DNA of 64,000 nucleotides from a virus: UHGV virus genome UHGV-0179803; one strand, 5' to 3'. Shown piece by piece: positions 61,816 to 64,000 of this stretch (position 1 is its first letter; each line of letters starts with the position of its first letter). The notes under the pieces were generated by a model. It saw only the letters and a program-made list of their open reading frames with translations, ran no database searches and was not told where the DNA came from. The position numbers and the translations under genes were made by a program.

Positions 61816-61838
61816 GGCCGCAAATAAGCGGCCTTTTT
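61816..61838 (+). terminator. intrinsic terminator (copy 2 of the repeated hairpin)
   Basis: GGCCGC-AAATAA-GCGGCC followed by TTTTTG; identical hairpin to 58297..58321. Confidence 0.7.
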
Positions 61839-62264
61839 GTTGTCTGTAGTATAGTGAATCCGGTATTCAAAACAGCGGATCATTCCGCGAACGCTATGCG
61901 TGATGTGTGCATAAAATAAAATGCCTATAAATTAACCACACCACAAAAAAGCTGTATGTGCATACATAGTTTTTAAGTTTTTTCAGTTTTCAGCTGTCAA
62001 ATGTGGGGCATTTTGTGAAGTATCTCACACTTTTCGGCTGATGCACATTTTATATAGCTATGTCAACAACTATAAATCTTTATAAAACAGTAAGTTACAA
62101 AGTCCATTTTTTGAAAAATCGGGTATAACTATAGGCGCGAAATTCTATTTTTCACGTAGCGTCACGATAAGATGTATCTGATAGGTATGTTTTAATTATG
62201 CAATATTAATGCATAACCAACATGTGATAAATATTCTCAACAACCCGGCAGATGTATTAAATAT

Positions 62265-62345
62265 GGTGACTATTCCACCCCACATTATTTCAGACGGCAA
62301 CTATTCCGATGTGTGATTAATATACTTTCAGGCGGTGATTATTCT
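62265..62345. repeat. three direct repeats of a G(T/C)(G/A)ACTATTCC-type unit
   Basis: GGTGACTATTCC, CGGCAACTATTCC, GGTGATTATTCT spaced about 30-35 bp. Confidence 0.45.
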
Positions 62346-62501
62346 GTATCTCAATAATCTATATAATATAATATTAGTAATATAATTAGATTATGAGATA
62401 CAAGAAAACATCTAAAATAGTAAAATTACAATTAATGAAAATATATAAATTGCATAAAATAAAATAAGACAAATAACAATTTGCGAATGCAATGATCACA
62501 A

Positions 62502-62926
62502 TATGCAACGATAACATGGCGCGACCGGAGGGAGCGACATAATAACGCTGAGTGACAATAACACCCCCGTGTTATTATCCAGCATTATTATCTCGCTAAT
62601 TTATGATTATCTCATAAATTAACATGTAATAATCCTCAGCGTTATTATGTCCTCCAATAACAATAAAAATTGTTATGGTAACGCTGAGTTATTACTATGT
62701 TAATAAAAGGGCATAAAGCCCGGTACTATGTACCATTAAATAATCTAAAACGATTACGTTTTCTCAGCGTTATTGTGTCAAATGTTATGATAACAGTATA
62801 TAATTATCTTGCTAACTTTCAGTATACATATTCCGCGTAGCGTCATGTGGAGCGTGTAGTAAACCTGTAGCAAGATAAGAATAACGCTGAGGTATTGTAC
62901 CGTATGCAACGATAACATGGCGCAAC
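62502..62926. repeat. repeat cluster: five TAACGCTGAG copies in alternating orientation, bounded by a 21-bp direct repeat
   Basis: TAACGCTGAG at 62543(+), 62636(-), 62679(+), 62763(-), 62882(+); TATGCAACGATAACATGGCGC at 62502 and 62902. Confidence 0.6.
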
Positions 62927-63090
62927 TATAACAGGCCTAAAGAGTAAGATAAACAATAGTTTATGTGTATAATCGGCGGGGCCTCCTGGCTGCGCTGTGT
63001 GAAACTATCATGTATGGAAACAGTCCAGGATGTTATGATTTCAGCATGGGATTGTGTGTTTTTGAATTGTGTACGGGTAAACTGTGTGGG

Positions 63091-63132
63091 GTAAGTATAG
63101 GGGAAGTATAGGGGAAGTATAGGGGAAGTATG
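63091..63132. repeat. tandem repeat, 11-bp unit GGAAGTATAGG x about 3.7
   Basis: GTAAGTATAGG GGAAGTATAGG GGAAGTATAGG GGAAGTATG read directly. Confidence 0.7.
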
Positions 63133-63354
63133 CCTAACAAATTTCGTTCTTTTTGTCAACAATTTTTCTATGAAAGTGGTCCGACCAGTTATAAGATGCA
63201 TCTACGGAGCATGTTATGTAGCTGGTATGGTAGTGTGCCAGTGCAATATGATGCCCGGTCATAGCTTGTGTGGTGTACCTGTTACACCAGTAAATAGAAT
63301 TAATAGCAGGCTAACTACTACAATGATTAATCTTTTAGTGCTGTAATAAACCGC

Positions 63355-63479
63355 AATTATTCTCCTTTCGATTGTTTTCGTTTCCTTTCGTTTCTTATCG
63401 TTTGAGCTGTGTTTTATTCCGCGTAGCGTCATGCTGAGCTGTGGATAAGTCTGTGGATAACCCTGCCTCCTGTGGATAA
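63355..63479. promoter_or_regulatory. DnaA-box cluster with adjacent T-rich tract (origin-like or DnaA-titrating element)
   Basis: Three perfect TGTGGATAA 9-mers (reverse complement TTATCCACA) at 63440, 63452, 63471 in the same orientation; upstream TTTCG-rich pyrimidine tract 63361..63410. Confidence 0.6.
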
Positions 63480-63687
63480 CTGGCCTGCTATGCCTGCTGT
63501 GTGGTACTATTGAACTACTGTACAAATGATCATAAGTGCGTATAATCGGTGTTACGTATGATGAACAATACGAAGTAATAATTATTCCCACATGAGAAGG
63601 CTTATCATTTACTTAAATGTTGCTGTGGAAAACTGTAACGCATGTTATTATTCAACCCCACACAATGAGGGCGTGAACAGTCCCCCC

Positions 63688-63744
63688 CTATAATCACTGT
63701 GTGCAACTATTAATCACTGTGAGTAACTACCATGCAATAACTAG
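63688..63744. repeat. iteron copies of the same family as the 50.2-kb array
   Basis: CTATAATCACTGTGTG CAACTATTAATCACTGTGAG TAACTACC; compare AACTATAAATCACCGTG at 50.2 kb. Confidence 0.5.
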
Positions 63745-64000
63745 GCCAATGGTCGCAAGGCCCCGGCTATCAATTGCGTAAACAGCCTCGATATTTGAGA
63801 ATCATTCGCATTATGAGAAGGAGTCGCGTTTCGCCTGCCTAATACCTCAGATGTGAGTCTGGGTGTATCGGCCCCGCACTACCCCTGCTTCAGGACAGGA
63901 CCTGCGGTCCGGTGACAACAACTTGTTGTGCACCATTGAGGATATTTGCCCCGGTTTGTATGAATACCTCTTCAGGCTGTGTACCTCCCCGTAGGGGGGG

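Noticed and set aside
63091-63132. Possible CRISPR array
   Set aside because: Head-to-tail 11-bp units with no spacers; far too short and not spacer-interleaved.
1-64000. Temperate prophage interpretation (integrase, repressor, attachment site)
   Set aside because: No integrase or CI-like repressor motif was seen anywhere; the genome carries its own polymerase, primase-helicase and tRNAs. Lifestyle cannot be settled from this window alone.

Overview
This window reads as a contiguous stretch of a large tailed-phage (Caudoviricetes) genome with a host of the enterobacterial type: genes have Shine-Dalgarno sites, many are led by near-consensus sigma70 promoters (TTGACA-N16-17-TATAAT) and followed by GC hairpins. 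No integrase, repressor, rRNA or CRISPR array was seen. Layout: (i) 1-11.6 kb, rightward tail-fiber module with two paralogous GDTMTG-motif fibers, a collar-motif fiber and a 1,935-aa fiber with Ig-like domains; (ii) 11.8-21.05 kb, leftward block with small membrane proteins, a signal-peptide YadA/Eib-like trimeric-autotransporter gene, three tRNAs (Met-CAU, Thr-UGU, Arg-CCU), a HAD phosphatase and a VWA/metallopeptidase-like protein; (iii) 21.2-49.6 kb, rightward replication and nucleotide-metabolism block (MoxR-like AAA+ ATPase, rIIA/rIIB-like pair, Dda-like helicase, C5-methyltransferase-like protein, HNH-AP2 homing endonuclease, intein-containing primase-helicase, family A DNA polymerase, SSB-like protein, NT5C-like nucleotidase, macro-domain protein); (iv) 49.6-50.8 kb, non-coding hub with ~20-bp iterons and GC-rich palindromes; (v) 50.8-61.8 kb, array of about 32 micro-genes, most with their own promoter; (vi) 61.8-64.0 kb, second non-coding hub with alternating TAACGCTGAG repeats, an 11-bp tandem repeat, three perfect DnaA boxes and further iteron copies. 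The most interesting candidates are the promoter-autonomous micro-gene array bounded by the two related hubs, a GGA-rich non-coding transcript inside it, and the phage-borne adhesin-like gene. All product calls rest on motifs read directly from the translations; nothing was checked against a database, so every call needs an HMM or BLAST confirmation.
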